DNA of 64,000 bases from NCBI GenBank assembly GCA_965116485.1, contig OZ220692.1:1627152-1691151 (forward strand), read 5' to 3'. The position numbers were made by a program, and so were the translations under genes. Origin of the DNA: Acidimicrobiales bacterium (GTDB lineage Bacteria; Actinomycetota; Acidimicrobiia; Acidimicrobiales; Aldehydirespiratoraceae). Position 1 is the first letter of the stretch. Each line of letters starts with the position of its first letter. Below, in pieces: positions 36,766 to 46,749 of the stretch. The notes under the pieces were generated by a model. It searched no databases. It saw only the letters and a list, made by a program, of their open reading frames with translations, and was not told the origin of the DNA.

Positions 36766-37716
36766 ATGACCACGAAGATCCCATCGGATACACGTACCGA
36801 CGCGTCGGAACTTGTTGTCGGTGACACACCGCAGGCGGATTGTCTGCGAGCGTGTGAGACAGGCACAAACCTAAAACAGAACCGAACGCTGCACCGTCGC
36901 AGCGGCATCGGTTCAGCGCTAGCGTGCGGCGGCGTGGGCCAAGCGATCTTTGTGCCTGACGGTGAATGGCTGATACCTCAACCGAACGCCTGCGGGCCTT
37001 GGTTCCCGGGTGTGCAGCACGGAGGATCGATCGCGGGACTGTTCGCCAGAGCGATCGAACGGGTCGCATCCGATACTGCGATGTTCACGACTCGGATCAG
37101 CATCGACATGAGCCGTCGGGTCCCGATGGCGCCGACGAAGGTCGAGACCGAAGTCGTGAGGAACGGTCGTCGAGTGCAGGCCATCGAAGCGCGCTACGTC
37201 GTTTCCGACGAGGTGGTAGCCCGCGCCACGGCGACCCGAATCCGCGTTGACGAAGGCCTCTCGTCAAACAAGATCGGGGTCGGCTTCCGCCCCGAAGACC
37301 TACCCCCGATGCAACCCGAGGAAGTACCGGACATGGAGGACCTGTTCGTCGGCTTCGACTTTGTCCGGAACTTCGTCATGCGCCGAGAACAAACGCCGTC
37401 AGGTCAAGCGATGACATGGGCCCGTCTCGACCGCCAGTTTGTGGCGGGCGAACCCAACACCCCGTTGATCCAGCTTGCGGCTGTTGCCGACATGATCCCG
37501 AGCGCCAATTCGTTGCTGGACTACGGCGAGTACTTGTCGGTCAACCCGGATCTCAACATTGCCGTTTCGAGACTGCCGAACAGTGACTGGGTTGGTTCGT
37601 TGGCGGTTGTCCGGAACGCCCCGGGCGGTGTCGGCCAGACAGACGCGCAACTGTTCGACGAGCAGGGAGTGATCGGCAGGTCGATCAAATCGTTATTGAT
37701 TGATCACCGAAAATAA
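36766..37716 (+). CDS. Thioesterase-like (acyl-CoA thioesterase double hot-dog) family protein
   Basis: GPWFPGVQHGGSIAGLFARA ... VVRNGRRVQAIEARY ... The real start may be the GTG at 36934. Confidence 0.65.
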   Translation: MTTKIPSDTRTDASELVVGDTPQADCLRACETGTNLKQNRTLHRRSGIGSALACGGVGQAIFVPDGEWLIPQPNACGPWFPGVQHGGSIAGLFARAIERVASDTAMFTTRISIDMSRRVPMAPTKVETEVVRNGRRVQAIEARYVVSDEVVARATATRIRVDEGLSSNKIGVGFRPEDLPPMQPEEVPDMEDLFVGFDFVRNFVMRREQTPSGQAMTWARLDRQFVAGEPNTPLIQLAAVADMIPSANSLLDYGEYLSVNPDLNIAVSRLPNSDWVGSLAVVRNAPGGVGQTDAQLFDEQGVIGRSIKSLLIDHRK

Positions 37717-37718
37717 CC

Positions 37719-39240
37719 ATGTCTCGCGGTGACCCCCGCCCCAACGTCGTGCTGATCAACTGCGACGACCTCGGCTACGGCGACCTCGGATGCTACGGCT
37801 CGAAAGTGCACGACACGCCGGCGATCGACGCATTGGCTGCCGAGGGGATGAGGCTCACCGACTTCTACATGGGGTCGGCCGTGTGCACGCCGTCGCGGGG
37901 AGCGATGTTGACCGGCTGCTACCCGCCGCGTATCGGCTTCGATGACTTCGACGGCATGCATGTGCTGTTCCCGGGAATGGCCGGAGGACTCAACCCCAGC
38001 GAGAAGACCATCGCCCGGCTCCTCAAAGACGCGGGTTACACCACGCAGATCGTCGGCAAGTGGCATTGCGGAGACCAGCCTGACTTCTTGCCGACTCGTC
38101 ACGGTTTCGACGGCTGGTACGGGCTTCCATACAGCAACGACATGGGGATCCAAGCGTCGGCGTTCACCGAAGAGGAGATCACGAGAATCAGAGACGAACT
38201 CGGAATCGAACTGCCCTTCGATTCGCATCCTCCGCTCCCGCTCATGCTAGACGAAGAGGTGATCGAAGCGCAGCCGGACCAGGCCGCGCTCACCGAGCGT
38301 TACCTGCAGGAATCGATCAGGTTCATCAGAAGCAACCGTGACAAGCCGTTCTTGCTGTATTTCGCGCACATGTACGTACACCTGCCGCTGTATGTGCAAC
38401 CGCGGTTCGCGGCAGAGTCACGCAATGGTCCCTACGGGGCAGCGGTTCGTTGCATCGATTGGGCGCTTGCGGTACTGATGGCTGAGCTGACGGCTCTGGG
38501 TTTGAGCGACGACACGATCGTCATCTTCACCAGCGACAACGGCGCGTTGTGCCGACCCGGGGAAGGCAGCAACGCGCCGTTGCGGGACGTCAAGGGCACG
38601 ACCTGGGAAGGCGGGATACGGGTTCCCTGCATCGTGCGTTGGCCGGGCGAGGTGCCGGCAGGTACAACATCGGACGCGCTCACGACCGCTATGGACCGCC
38701 CTCTCAAGCCCTCAAGCTCTTCTTCAACGTCAAGGTACAACATCGGACGCGCTCACGACCGCTATGGACCTGTACCCGACGATCGCAGGCTGGTGCGGCG
38801 CGGATGTACCGACCGACAGAACGATCGACGGTTGCGATATCGATGCGGTGCTTCGGGGCAGGGCCGCAGAATCGCCCAGGGAGACGTTCCTGTACTACAG
38901 CGGCTCGACTCTGGAAGCCGTCCGAATGGGCAAATGGAAGCTTCATCTGGTCAAGGGCAGCAGATGGCGCGGAGGCGACAGCGAAGAGATGCCCCAACTC
39001 TTTGATCTGGCCTCCGACGTCGGCGAGACCAGCAATGTGCTGGCCGACCATCCCGATGTGGTCGCACAGATCATGGTCCATGTCGATGCCGCAAGGGCAG
39101 ACCTGGGGGACACGGCCGCTGGAGTCGAAGGGTCTGGGCGCCGCCCGCAGGGACGAGTCGACAATCCTGTGACGCTGACCACCTTCGACCCCGACCATCC
39201 CTACTACATGGCCGAATACGATCTCGCTGACAGGGGCTGA
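37719..39240 (+). pseudogene. Cys-type sulfatase disrupted by a 73-bp insertion
   Basis: NCDDLGYGDLGCYG and CTPSRGAML (formylglycine motif). The frame shifts by +1 at the insertion; removing 73 bp restores a 482-aa ORF. Confidence 0.8.
38661..38770. repeat. 37-bp direct repeat flanking a 36-bp filler (the sulfatase insertion)
   Basis: ggtacaacatcggacgcgctcacgaccgctatggacc occurs at 38661-38697 and 38734-38770. The filler is gccctctcaagccctcaagctcttcttcaacgtcaa. Confidence 0.9.
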
Positions 39241-39251
39241 GGCAAGCAGCG

Positions 39252-40886
39252 CTAACGCAGTCTCACCGGGGTGCTGACTTCGGAGTAGAAGTCGTTGCCC
39301 TTGTCGTCGATGACGATGAAGGCGGGGAAGTTCTCGACCTCGATCTTCCAGATCGCTTCCATGCCGAGTTCCGGGTACTCGAGGACTTCCACGGCGCGGA
39401 TTGAGTCCTGAGCCAGGCGAGCCGCGGCTCCGCCGATGGAGCCCAGGTAGAAGCCGCCGTGGCGGGCGCACGCTTCGGTCACCTCTCGGGACCGGTTGCC
39501 TTTGGCCAGCATCACCATCGAGCCTCCTGCGGCCTGGAACTCGTCGACGTAGGAGTCCATGCGTCCCGCGGTCGTGGGTCCGAACGAACCTGAGGCGTAC
39601 CCGGTCGGCGTTTTGGCCGGTCCCGCGTAGTAGATCGCGTGGTCGCGGAGGTACTGCGGCATCGGCTCGCCGCGGCTGAGCCTTTCGGAGATCTTGGCGT
39701 GGGCGATGTCACGGCCCACGACGAGCGTGCCGTTGAGAGACAGCCGTGTCTTCACCGGATGCTTGCTCAGTTGGTTGCGGATCTCGTCCATGGGTTGGTT
39801 GAGATCAACGGTGACGACCTCGCTGGACAGGTCGTCGGTGGCGGCGTCGGGCAGGAAACGAGCCGGATCGGTTTCGAGCTGTTCGAGAAAGATCCCCTCA
39901 GCGGTGATCTTGGCCTTGGCCTGACGGTCGGCGGAGCAGCTGACGGCTATCCCCACCGGGTTCGAGGCGCCGTGGCGGGGGAGGCGGATAACCCGCACGT
40001 CGTGGCAGAAGTACTTGCCTCCGAATTGAGCGCCGATGCCGAACTCGCGGGTTTGTTGGAGCACCTTGTTCTCCCACTCGATGTCGCGGTAGCCGTGGCC
40101 GGTGTCGGCGCTGCCTGACGTTGGCAGCGTGTCGAGGTAGTGGGCGGAGGCCAGCTTGGCGACCTTGAGGTTGAACTCCGCTGAGGTGCCCCCGACAACC
40201 AGAGCAAGGTGATACGGAGGGCAAGCCGAGGTGCCGACCGCACGCAGCGACTCGTCAAGGAAGTCCAGCAGCGACTCGGTGTTCAACAGGGCCTTCGTCT
40301 TCTGGAACAGGAAGGACTTGTTGGCCGACCCCCCGCCCTTGGCCATGAACAGGAACTCGTAGCTGCTGCCAGGCTTGGAGTAGAGCTCGATCTGTGCCGG
40401 CAGGTTGTTTTGAGTGTTGGACTCTTCAAACATCGACACCGGCGCCAGTTGCGAATAGCGCAGGTTGGTTTCGGTGAAGGTGTCGAACACTCCTGCCGAT
40501 ATCGCCTCGGCGTCGTCTCCGTAGGTGACGACCTGGTCGCCCTTCTTGCCCATCACGATGGCGGTGCCGGTGTCCTGGCACATGGGGAGCACTCCTGCGG
40601 CGGCGATGTTGGCGTTGAGCAGCAGTTCGTGGGCCACGAAGACGTCGTTACCGGAGGCCTCGGGGTCTTTCAGGATGCCGGCCAGCTGTTCGAGGTGCTC
40701 GGTGCGCAGGTAGTGGGCGATGTCGTTCATCGCGGCGCGGGTGAGCAGCCGGATCGCCGACGGTTCAACTTTGACGAATGTGCGCCCGTCGGCATCGAAA
40801 GTGGAGACTCCCTCAGTCGAGATCAGGCGGTACTCGGTGGTGTCGACTCCGAGCGGCAACAGATCGGAGTAGGCGAACTCGGTCAT
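39252..40886 (-). CDS. fumA: Class I (Fe-S) fumarate hydratase
   Basis: 544 aa with [19 protein letters not shown] and the C-terminal beta-type domain. Confidence 0.88.
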   Translation of the reverse strand: MTEFAYSDLLPLGVDTTEYRLISTEGVSTFDADGRTFVKVEPSAIRLLTRAAMNDIAHYLRTEHLEQLAGILKDPEASGNDVFVAHELLLNANIAAAGVLPMCQDTGTAIVMGKKGDQVVTYGDDAEAISAGVFDTFTETNLRYSQLAPVSMFEESNTQNNLPAQIELYSKPGSSYEFLFMAKGGGSANKSFLFQKTKALLNTESLLDFLDESLRAVGTSACPPYHLALVVGGTSAEFNLKVAKLASAHYLDTLPTSGSADTGHGYRDIEWENKVLQQTREFGIGAQFGGKYFCHDVRVIRLPRHGASNPVGIAVSCSADRQAKAKITAEGIFLEQLETDPARFLPDAATDDLSSEVVTVDLNQPMDEIRNQLSKHPVKTRLSLNGTLVVGRDIAHAKISERLSRGEPMPQYLRDHAIYYAGPAKTPTGYASGSFGPTTAGRMDSYVDEFQAAGGSMVMLAKGNRSREVTEACARHGGFYLGSIGGAAARLAQDSIRAVEVLEYPELGMEAIWKIEVENFPAFIVIDDKGNDFYSEVSTPVRLR

Positions 40887-40925
40887 GGCTCCACGCTACT
40901 CGCCGGGACTGGCCGACGATGCTCA

Positions 40926-41195
40926 CTATCCGCAAACCCGTCTGACCTCAGCTTCGGTGATGATGACTCGTGCTCTGAGCTCGATCAACTCGTCGTGCGC
41001 ACCATGCTCATGTCCTTCGACGTGCGCCGTGTTGTGCGTTTGCAGCGCTTCGCCCCAGTCGCTCTCGGCGTAGGCTTGTGCCTCGGCGACGTCAGCGCAT
41101 TCTGCGGAGCCTCCTTTAGCGGAGCATGCGCTCAGGAGGACGACCAGCGACATTGTCGCTCCGATATTGCGCTCTGGGTTCGTTCGAATTTTCAT
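40926..41195 (-). CDS. Small His-rich lipoprotein
   Basis: MKIRTNPERNIGATMSLVVLLSAC lipobox; the mature part contains HVEGHEHGAHDE. Confidence 0.55.
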   Translation of the reverse strand: MKIRTNPERNIGATMSLVVLLSACSAKGGSAECADVAEAQAYAESDWGEALQTHNTAHVEGHEHGAHDELIELRARVIITEAEVRRVCG

Positions 41196-41239
41196 ACTTC
41201 TTGCCTCGATGTTTTGCTGTCCATATGTTGATATTGGTT

Positions 41240-41290
41240 GTGCGGCAGGGCCGAAGCAGCTTGCTACGGTTACGGACGGCCCTGCCGCAC
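41240..41290. repeat. Perfect 14-bp inverted repeat with a 23-nt loop
   Basis: gtgcggcagggccg ... cggccctgccgcac lies between the lipoprotein gene and the 2-TM gene. It is duplicated at 46394-46444. Confidence 0.85.
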
Positions 41291-41343
41291 GGCTTTGTGT
41301 GCGCCAGCCTGTGGTCTCCCGCAAGAGGGGCTAGAGTAAACTC

Positions 41344-41586
41344 ATGACTGATGCGCACGGAGACGAGAAAACCCGCCTCCAGCGGATTTGGCTGTCGAAG
41401 ACGACCCTTGTGATGACAAGGAGGACAGCATTGATGCAGGGGTTTTTCGCCTTTGTGTTTTGGCTCCATTGGGATATGCCTCTCGCATCTGTGTTTCTGT
41501 TTGCCGTCTCACTCGTGTCCGCCGGCATGTCGGTCCATTCCTGGCGAAAGCGCCGTGAAGTACGGCTGGAAAGGCTGGCCAGCTGA
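41344..41586 (+). CDS. Small 2-TM membrane protein, allele D1
   Basis: 80 aa: charged N-terminus (DEKTRLQRIW), two hydrophobic helices, basic tail (WRKRRE). Confidence 0.65.
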   Translation: MTDAHGDEKTRLQRIWLSKTTLVMTRRTALMQGFFAFVFWLHWDMPLASVFLFAVSLVSAGMSVHSWRKRREVRLERLAS

Positions 41587-41595
41587 TGCTCTCGT

Positions 41596-41994
41596 CTAGT
41601 GGCCTTCGGTGGACTGGATCCCTGTGGCACCGCAGTAGAGTCCGGCAGCGGGATTGACCCAGCCGGCGATCCCGCAGCCTGCCCACCAGAGCCATTGGTT
41701 GTGGGTGTGGGGGCGTTCGTACCTGGGTCCGCAACGCCTGTAGCGTTCGTAACCCCAGATTGGGACGCCGTATCTGTATTCTCCCTCGCCGTTGCCGAAA
41801 TCGTGCCAGTACATCTGGTTGGGGTCCCATCGGTAACCGATGATCGTGTAGTTCGTTGATTGCACCCAGGTGCAGTCTTGCGCGTAGGCCACATGAGCGG
41901 ACGCGGGTTCGGTGTCGGTGACCGTCACGACGGTCAATGTGCTGGCCAGCACGGCCAGCGCCAAGATACCAACAGCAGCTGAACGGGTTCTCAT
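41596..41994 (-). CDS. Secreted Cys/Trp/Tyr-rich small protein, allele D1
   Basis: Signal peptide MRTRSAAVGILALAVLAS...PASA. The ~100-aa mature part has 4 Cys and a Gly-rich hydrophobic C-terminus WLWWAGCGIAGWVNPAAGLYCG. Confidence 0.65.
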   Translation of the reverse strand: MRTRSAAVGILALAVLASTLTVVTVTDTEPASAHVAYAQDCTWVQSTNYTIIGYRWDPNQMYWHDFGNGEGEYRYGVPIWGYERYRRCGPRYERPHTHNQWLWWAGCGIAGWVNPAAGLYCGATGIQSTEGH

Positions 41995-42589
41995 AAGGGG
42001 TGTCCTTTGATTCCAGTTAGCAAGCTGCGTGCGGTAGGGTAGCTGAATTCGCCTCCAGCCGCAACAATTGATTGCTTCCACTACCCCGCGCCAAGTGCCG
42101 GGGTCCAATCGCCGGCTTTGGTGCTCACGAGTTCATCATGTCGCGCCAGCGAAAATCTGGCCGTCGGCTCACACCGAGCCGTCGATGGGGGTGCCCGAAC
42201 ATGGTGCGGGGTCGCGGTGCTCGATTGCTGAGACGTTTCGCTGGTTGCCCGTTGGTTTGGGGCCGGTGGGGTCGGGTGCGTTTGTGGGTGTCGGCTGTCT
42301 CGGTGGTGTCTATCGGAGCAGGCGAGGCGGGTGCGGCCGATAGACGACAACCACCTGGATGTAGCGTCAGTCGACCCGCTGACATCGCGCTGGGGCCTCT
42401 GCGGTGAATGCTTCAGCCGCCTGTCATCGGGTGCCTGTCCGATTCAATCAGTTTCCGCTGGTGAGTCGTGGTTGCTGCAGGTGTCGAGATGTCTCGAGCG
42501 GATCGAAGTGTGCCGGGTTCCAGCCAGGGGGGAGCCATTCGACGAGTTCGCTGTGGCGGGGGTGGCCCTTTTCGGCTTGTTCAGTCACC

Positions 42590-42962
42590 GACCGTGTCTC
42601 ACAACCCGAGTGCGGGCACACCCAACGCCGTTTGTGCCACACCAGCCGCACCAGCCTGAACACCGGCAAATCCACCAACACCACCCGCCGCTCACCGCTG
42701 CACCACAACCGTCCCCCACAGCCCGAACACGGCAGCCTCCCAGCGTGTCTGCGCACATGCACCCCCAACGGTCTGCCGGCCCCGTCGGCGACGCCGAGCA
42801 CCTCAACATCGCCTGATCCCACCAACAACTCGCACATGCGTACAGGGTCGCGTTCCACACCGATCCTCCAAGTTCGGGGGTTGACAGCCCCGATTCTGGA
42901 GGATCCCCCGCCCACACCCGCGGACACCCACAATCCCTACCCCCCCTCACTTCCGAAGAACC
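42590..42962 (-). mobile_element. ISL3 right-end fragment (transposase N-terminal zinc-finger part plus IR)
   Basis: MCELLVGSGDVEVLGV...CSGCGG...WVCPHSGC, with the end ...cttccgaagaacc. Confidence 0.7.
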
Positions 42963-43014
42963 ATTTTCTCAGACGACGACCCGACGGCGTTGCACCAGCC
43001 TTCAAAAACGGCTG

Positions 43015-44310
43015 TTATGGCTTCGAGGCGCAACTCCCAGGATGTCCTCTCCTGCGGACGCAATGAGCTTTCGCTCGTGGCATGTACTTCTGGCATCTAG
43101 GAGTTGGGGGGTGCGTGGAAGGCGAGGGAACGCTCCCTTGGATGACGTCAGCGTGCAGCCGCTCGGTTTCCAAAAGCTGCGAGATCGTGCTCTTTGGGAG
43201 CATCTCTGTGAGTGAAACTGTGCGGTCGTCGCCCACTGTCGCATATCCAGAAGCGACCAACCGGCGCAGAGACCTCGAAAGCGACTTCGCCGGTCGTTGA
43301 AGATGGCTGGCAACGGAGCGCAGCGAAGCTGTCCCGCCAGACAAAGCGATGACTTCTAGGTAGTCCTGGTCTTGTTCGGACAGCGCGAACCACGCGGGGA
43401 CGCTGATGCGCTCCAAGAAGGTTGCCTCGGCTGCTTCAACAGCGAGATGAACGACGCTGAGATCAATCCTGTTGCGTGAAGCGTCCGCGATCTCCCAAGC
43501 GTTGTACCCGATGTGCTGGAGCTTGTAAGGCAGCGAACCGCAGTGTGATGCCGCGTATCGGAGAGCGTCGTTGTCGATGGCTCCGCCTGCGTCCGTGATC
43601 GTGCTTCGGAGTCCGATCAGAGCGTCTGTGCTGGTGAGCGCTGGCATGTCGAACTGCGCGCAACGATGGAAGAAGGTGAGATGGTTGTCCTCAAGCAGCG
43701 TGGTCTTCATCGAAGGAAGCCCTGCACCTAGAAAGCCCAAAGGCAGTTCCGACTTCTTCGTGATGTGCTGAATGTCCGCAGCGAAGCGTCGCAATTCGTC
43801 TCGGTCGCCGCTGTGCATCTCGTCGAGAGTCACCAGCACGGAGGCACCGTTCTCTTGGGCGTGCGTGGCGAGCGCGGTGAGTTGTCGACGAGCATCCCAA
43901 TCCGGGCGAATCCTGTCGATCACTGTCCTAGTCCACCCGAACCCCGCAGCCGTGAGACCCGTGGTCTTTGACGCGGATCGTTCTTCTAAATCTAGGCCGC
44001 GCTCCGTCTCAAGCGAGTAGACCGCCTGAGAGATGCGTCCAGGCAGCCCCTTGTTCACAGAGTCGAGCTTCAAGACGAGCCAACCGTCCTGAGCGGCCCG
44101 GCCTTCTATCTCTTGAAGCACCACCGTCTTGCCTGAGCCGCTTCGTCCTATCAACAGCGACGTGTAGCGCTCGGAGTGGGGGCCGGTGGCTAGACCCCCG
44201 CCGATGCTGTCGAGCAGGTCTTTGCGGCCCACCAGACTGCGCGGCCTCACGCCGAAGCCTGGAGAGAAGGGATTTTCGGATGGTGTACCGAGACTACTGA
44301 AGTCCGACAT
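43015..44310 (-). CDS. Orphan P-loop NTPase (AAA/ORC-like ATPase with a winged-helix-like C-terminus)
   Basis: Walker A GRSGSGKT, Walker B-like LVTLDEMH, and a long helical C-terminal part. The ATG at 44310 is preferred over the track start. Confidence 0.65.
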   Translation of the reverse strand: MSDFSSLGTPSENPFSPGFGVRPRSLVGRKDLLDSIGGGLATGPHSERYTSLLIGRSGSGKTVVLQEIEGRAAQDGWLVLKLDSVNKGLPGRISQAVYSLETERGLDLEERSASKTTGLTAAGFGWTRTVIDRIRPDWDARRQLTALATHAQENGASVLVTLDEMHSGDRDELRRFAADIQHITKKSELPLGFLGAGLPSMKTTLLEDNHLTFFHRCAQFDMPALTSTDALIGLRSTITDAGGAIDNDALRYAASHCGSLPYKLQHIGYNAWEIADASRNRIDLSVVHLAVEAAEATFLERISVPAWFALSEQDQDYLEVIALSGGTASLRSVASHLQRPAKSLSRSLRRLVASGYATVGDDRTVSLTEMLPKSTISQLLETERLHADVIQGSVPSPSTHPPTPRCQKYMPRAKAHCVRRRGHPGSCASKP

Positions 44311-44334
44311 GGTGCCAGTGTAGTCGTTGATGCA

Positions 44335-44394
44335 GGTGACCGGTGGTTGGTGTTGGTGACCGGTGATTGATGTAGATGACTGGTGGTCGCACAA
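44335..44394. repeat. Three 20-bp direct repeats upstream of the ATPase gene
   Basis: ggtgaccggtggttggtgtt / ggtgaccggtgattgatgta / gatgactggtggtcgcacaa. Confidence 0.7.
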
Positions 44395-44405
44395 CACCGC
44401 CGCAT

Positions 44406-44948
44406 CGTGTGCAGGCCATCGAAGCGCGTTACGTGGTTTCCGAAGAGGTGGCGGCCCGCGCTACGGCGACCCGGATCCGCGTCGACGGAGATCTCTCGTC
44501 GACCAGGATCGGGGTGGGCTCCCGTCCCGAAGGCCAGCCGCCGATGCAGCCAGAAGAAGTGCCGCTCGTGGAGGGTCTGTTCGCCGGCTTCGACTTTGTC
44601 CGGAACTTTGTGATGCGCCGAGAACAGACGGCGTCAGGTGGAGCGATGACCTGGGCGCGCCTCGATCGCGAGTTCGTGGAAGGCGAGCCCAACACCCCGT
44701 TGATCCTGCTTGCGGCTGTCGCCGACATGATCCCGAGCGCCAATTCGGTGTTGGACTACAACGAGTACCTGTCTGTGAACGCCGATCTCAACATTGCTGT
44801 TTCGAGGCTGCCGGAGAGCGGCTGGGTCGGTTCGTTGGCGGTTGTGAGGACCGCCCCGGGCGGTGTCGGCCAGACCGACGCGCAACTCTATGACGAACAC
44901 GGTGTGATCGGCAGGTCGATCAAGTCGCTGTTGATCGACCACCGCTGA
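44406..44948 (+). pseudogene. 5'-truncated divergent copy of the thioesterase-like gene
   Basis: RVQAIEARYVVSEEVAARATATRIRVDGD...LLIDHR is colinear with the C-terminal ~180 aa of 36766-37716. Confidence 0.7.
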
Positions 44949-44987
44949 CGAATACGATCTCGCTGACAGGGGCTGAGGCAAGCAGCG

Positions 44988-46040
44988 CTAACGCAGTCTC
45001 ACCGGGGTGCTGACTTCGGAGTAGAAGTCGTTGCCCTTGTCGTCGATGACGATGAAGGCGGGGAAGTTCTCGACCTCGATCTTCCAGATCGCTTCCATGC
45101 CGAGTTCCGGGTACTCGAGGACTTCCACGGCGCGGATTGAGTCCTGAGCCAGGCGAGCCGCGGCTCCGCCGATGGAGCCCAGGTAGAAGCCGCCGTGGCG
45201 GGCGCACGCTTCGGTCACCTCTCGGGACCGGTTGCCTTTGGCCAGCATCACCATCGAGCCTCCTGCGGCCTGGAACTCGTCGACGTAGGAGTCCATGCGT
45301 CCCGCGGTCGTGGGTCCGAACGAACCTGAGGCGTACCCGGTCGGCGTTTTGGCCGGTCCCGCGTAGTAGATCGCGTGGTCGCGGAGGTACTGCGGCATCG
45401 GCTCGCCGCGGCTGAGCCTTTCGGAGATCTTGGCGTGGGCGATGTCACGGCCCACGACGAGCGTGCCGTTGAGAGACAGCCGTGTCTTCACCGGATGCTT
45501 GCTCAGTTGGTTGCGGATCTCGTCCATGGGTTGGTTGAGATCAACGGTGACGACCTCGCTGGACAGGTCGTCGGTGGCGGCGTCGGGCAGGAAACGAGCC
45601 GGATCGGTTTCGAGCTGTTCGAGAAAGATCCCCTCAGCGGTGATCTTGGCCTTGGCCTGACGGTCGGCGGAGCAGCTGACGGCTATCCCCACCGGGTTCG
45701 AGGCGCCGTGGCGGGGGAGGCGGATAACCCGCACGTCGTGGCAGAAGTACTTGCCTCCGAATTGAGCGCCGATGCCGAACTCGCGGGTTTGTTGGAGCAC
45801 CTTGTTCTCCCACTCGATGTCGCGGTAGCCGTGGCCGGTGTCGGCGCTGCCTGACGTTGGCAGCGTGTCGAGGTAGTGGGCGGAGGCCAGCTTGGCGACC
45901 TTGAGGTTGAACTCCGCTGAGGTGCCCCCGACAACCAGAGCAAGGTGATACGGAGGGCAAGCCGAGGTGCCGACCGCACGCAGCGACTCATCAAGGAATT
46001 CCAGCAGCGATTCGGTGTTCAACTAGGCGAACTCGGTCAT
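44988..46040 (-). pseudogene. fumA copy with a 582-bp in-frame internal deletion that creates a TAG
   Basis: ATG ACC GAG TTC GCC TAG TTG AAC... The MTEFA start remnant is joined to codons for NTESLL...; the downstream 344 codons match fumA. Confidence 0.8.
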
Positions 46041-46079
46041 GGCTCCACGCTACTCGCCGGGACTGGCCGACGATGCTCA

Positions 46080-46349
46080 CTATCCGCAAACCCGTCTGAC
46101 CTCAGCTTCGGTGATGATGACTCGTGCTCTGAGCTCGATCAACTCGTCGTGCGCACCATGCTCATGTCCTTCGACGTGCGCCGTGTTGTGCGTTTGCAGC
46201 GCTTCGCCCCAGTCGCTCTCGGCGTAGGCTTGTGCCTCGGCGACGTCAGCGCATTCTGCGGAGCCTCCTTTAGCGGAGCATGCGCTCAGGAGGACGACCA
46301 GCAACATTGTCGCTCCGATATTGCGCTCTGGGTTCGTTCGAATTTTCAT
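46080..46349 (-). CDS. Small His-rich lipoprotein, copy 2
   Basis: One aa difference (S to L in the signal peptide) from 40926-41195. Confidence 0.5.
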   Translation of the reverse strand: MKIRTNPERNIGATMLLVVLLSACSAKGGSAECADVAEAQAYAESDWGEALQTHNTAHVEGHEHGAHDELIELRARVIITEAEVRRVCG

Positions 46350-46497
46350 ACTTCTTGCCTCGATGTTTTGCTGTCCATATGTTGATATTGGTTGTGCGGC
46401 AGGGCCGAAGCAGCTTGCTACGGTTACGGACGGCCCTGCCGCACGGCTTTGTGTGCGCCAGCCTGTGATCTCCCGCAAGAGGGGCTAGAGTAAACTC

Positions 46498-46740
46498 ATG
46501 ACTGGTTCGCACAGCGACGAGAAAACCCGGCTCCAGCGGTTTTGGCTGTCAAAGGCGACTTTGGTGCTGACGAGGAGGGCTGCAATCATGGATGGGTTTT
46601 TTGCGGTTGTATTTTGGCTCCATTGGGATATGCCTCTTGCATCGGTTCTTCTGTTCGCTCTTTCGATCGTCTCCGCTGGCATGTCGGTCCATTCCTGGCG
46701 AAAGCGCCGCGAGGAACGGTCGGAAGTGCTCGCTAGTTGA
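46498..46740 (+). CDS. Small 2-TM membrane protein, allele D2
   Basis: 80 aa, 16 aa differences from allele D1. Confidence 0.65.
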   Translation: MTGSHSDEKTRLQRFWLSKATLVLTRRAAIMDGFFAVVFWLHWDMPLASVLLFALSIVSAGMSVHSWRKRREERSEVLAS

Positions 46741-46749
46741 TGGTCTTGG

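Larger units (their letters stand above)
39213..42208. repeat. Segmental duplication, copy D1
   Basis: Colinear with 44949-47362. The offset is 5736 on the left and 5154 on the right of a 582-bp deletion in D2. Confidence 0.9.

Noticed and set aside
42209-42590. ORFs between the D1 end and the ISL3 fragment (for example 42072-42407 +, 42125-42385 -).
   Set aside because: The translations are low complexity and Arg/Pro-rich. There are no motifs and no support from the duplicated copy. The region is probably junk between rearrangement break points.
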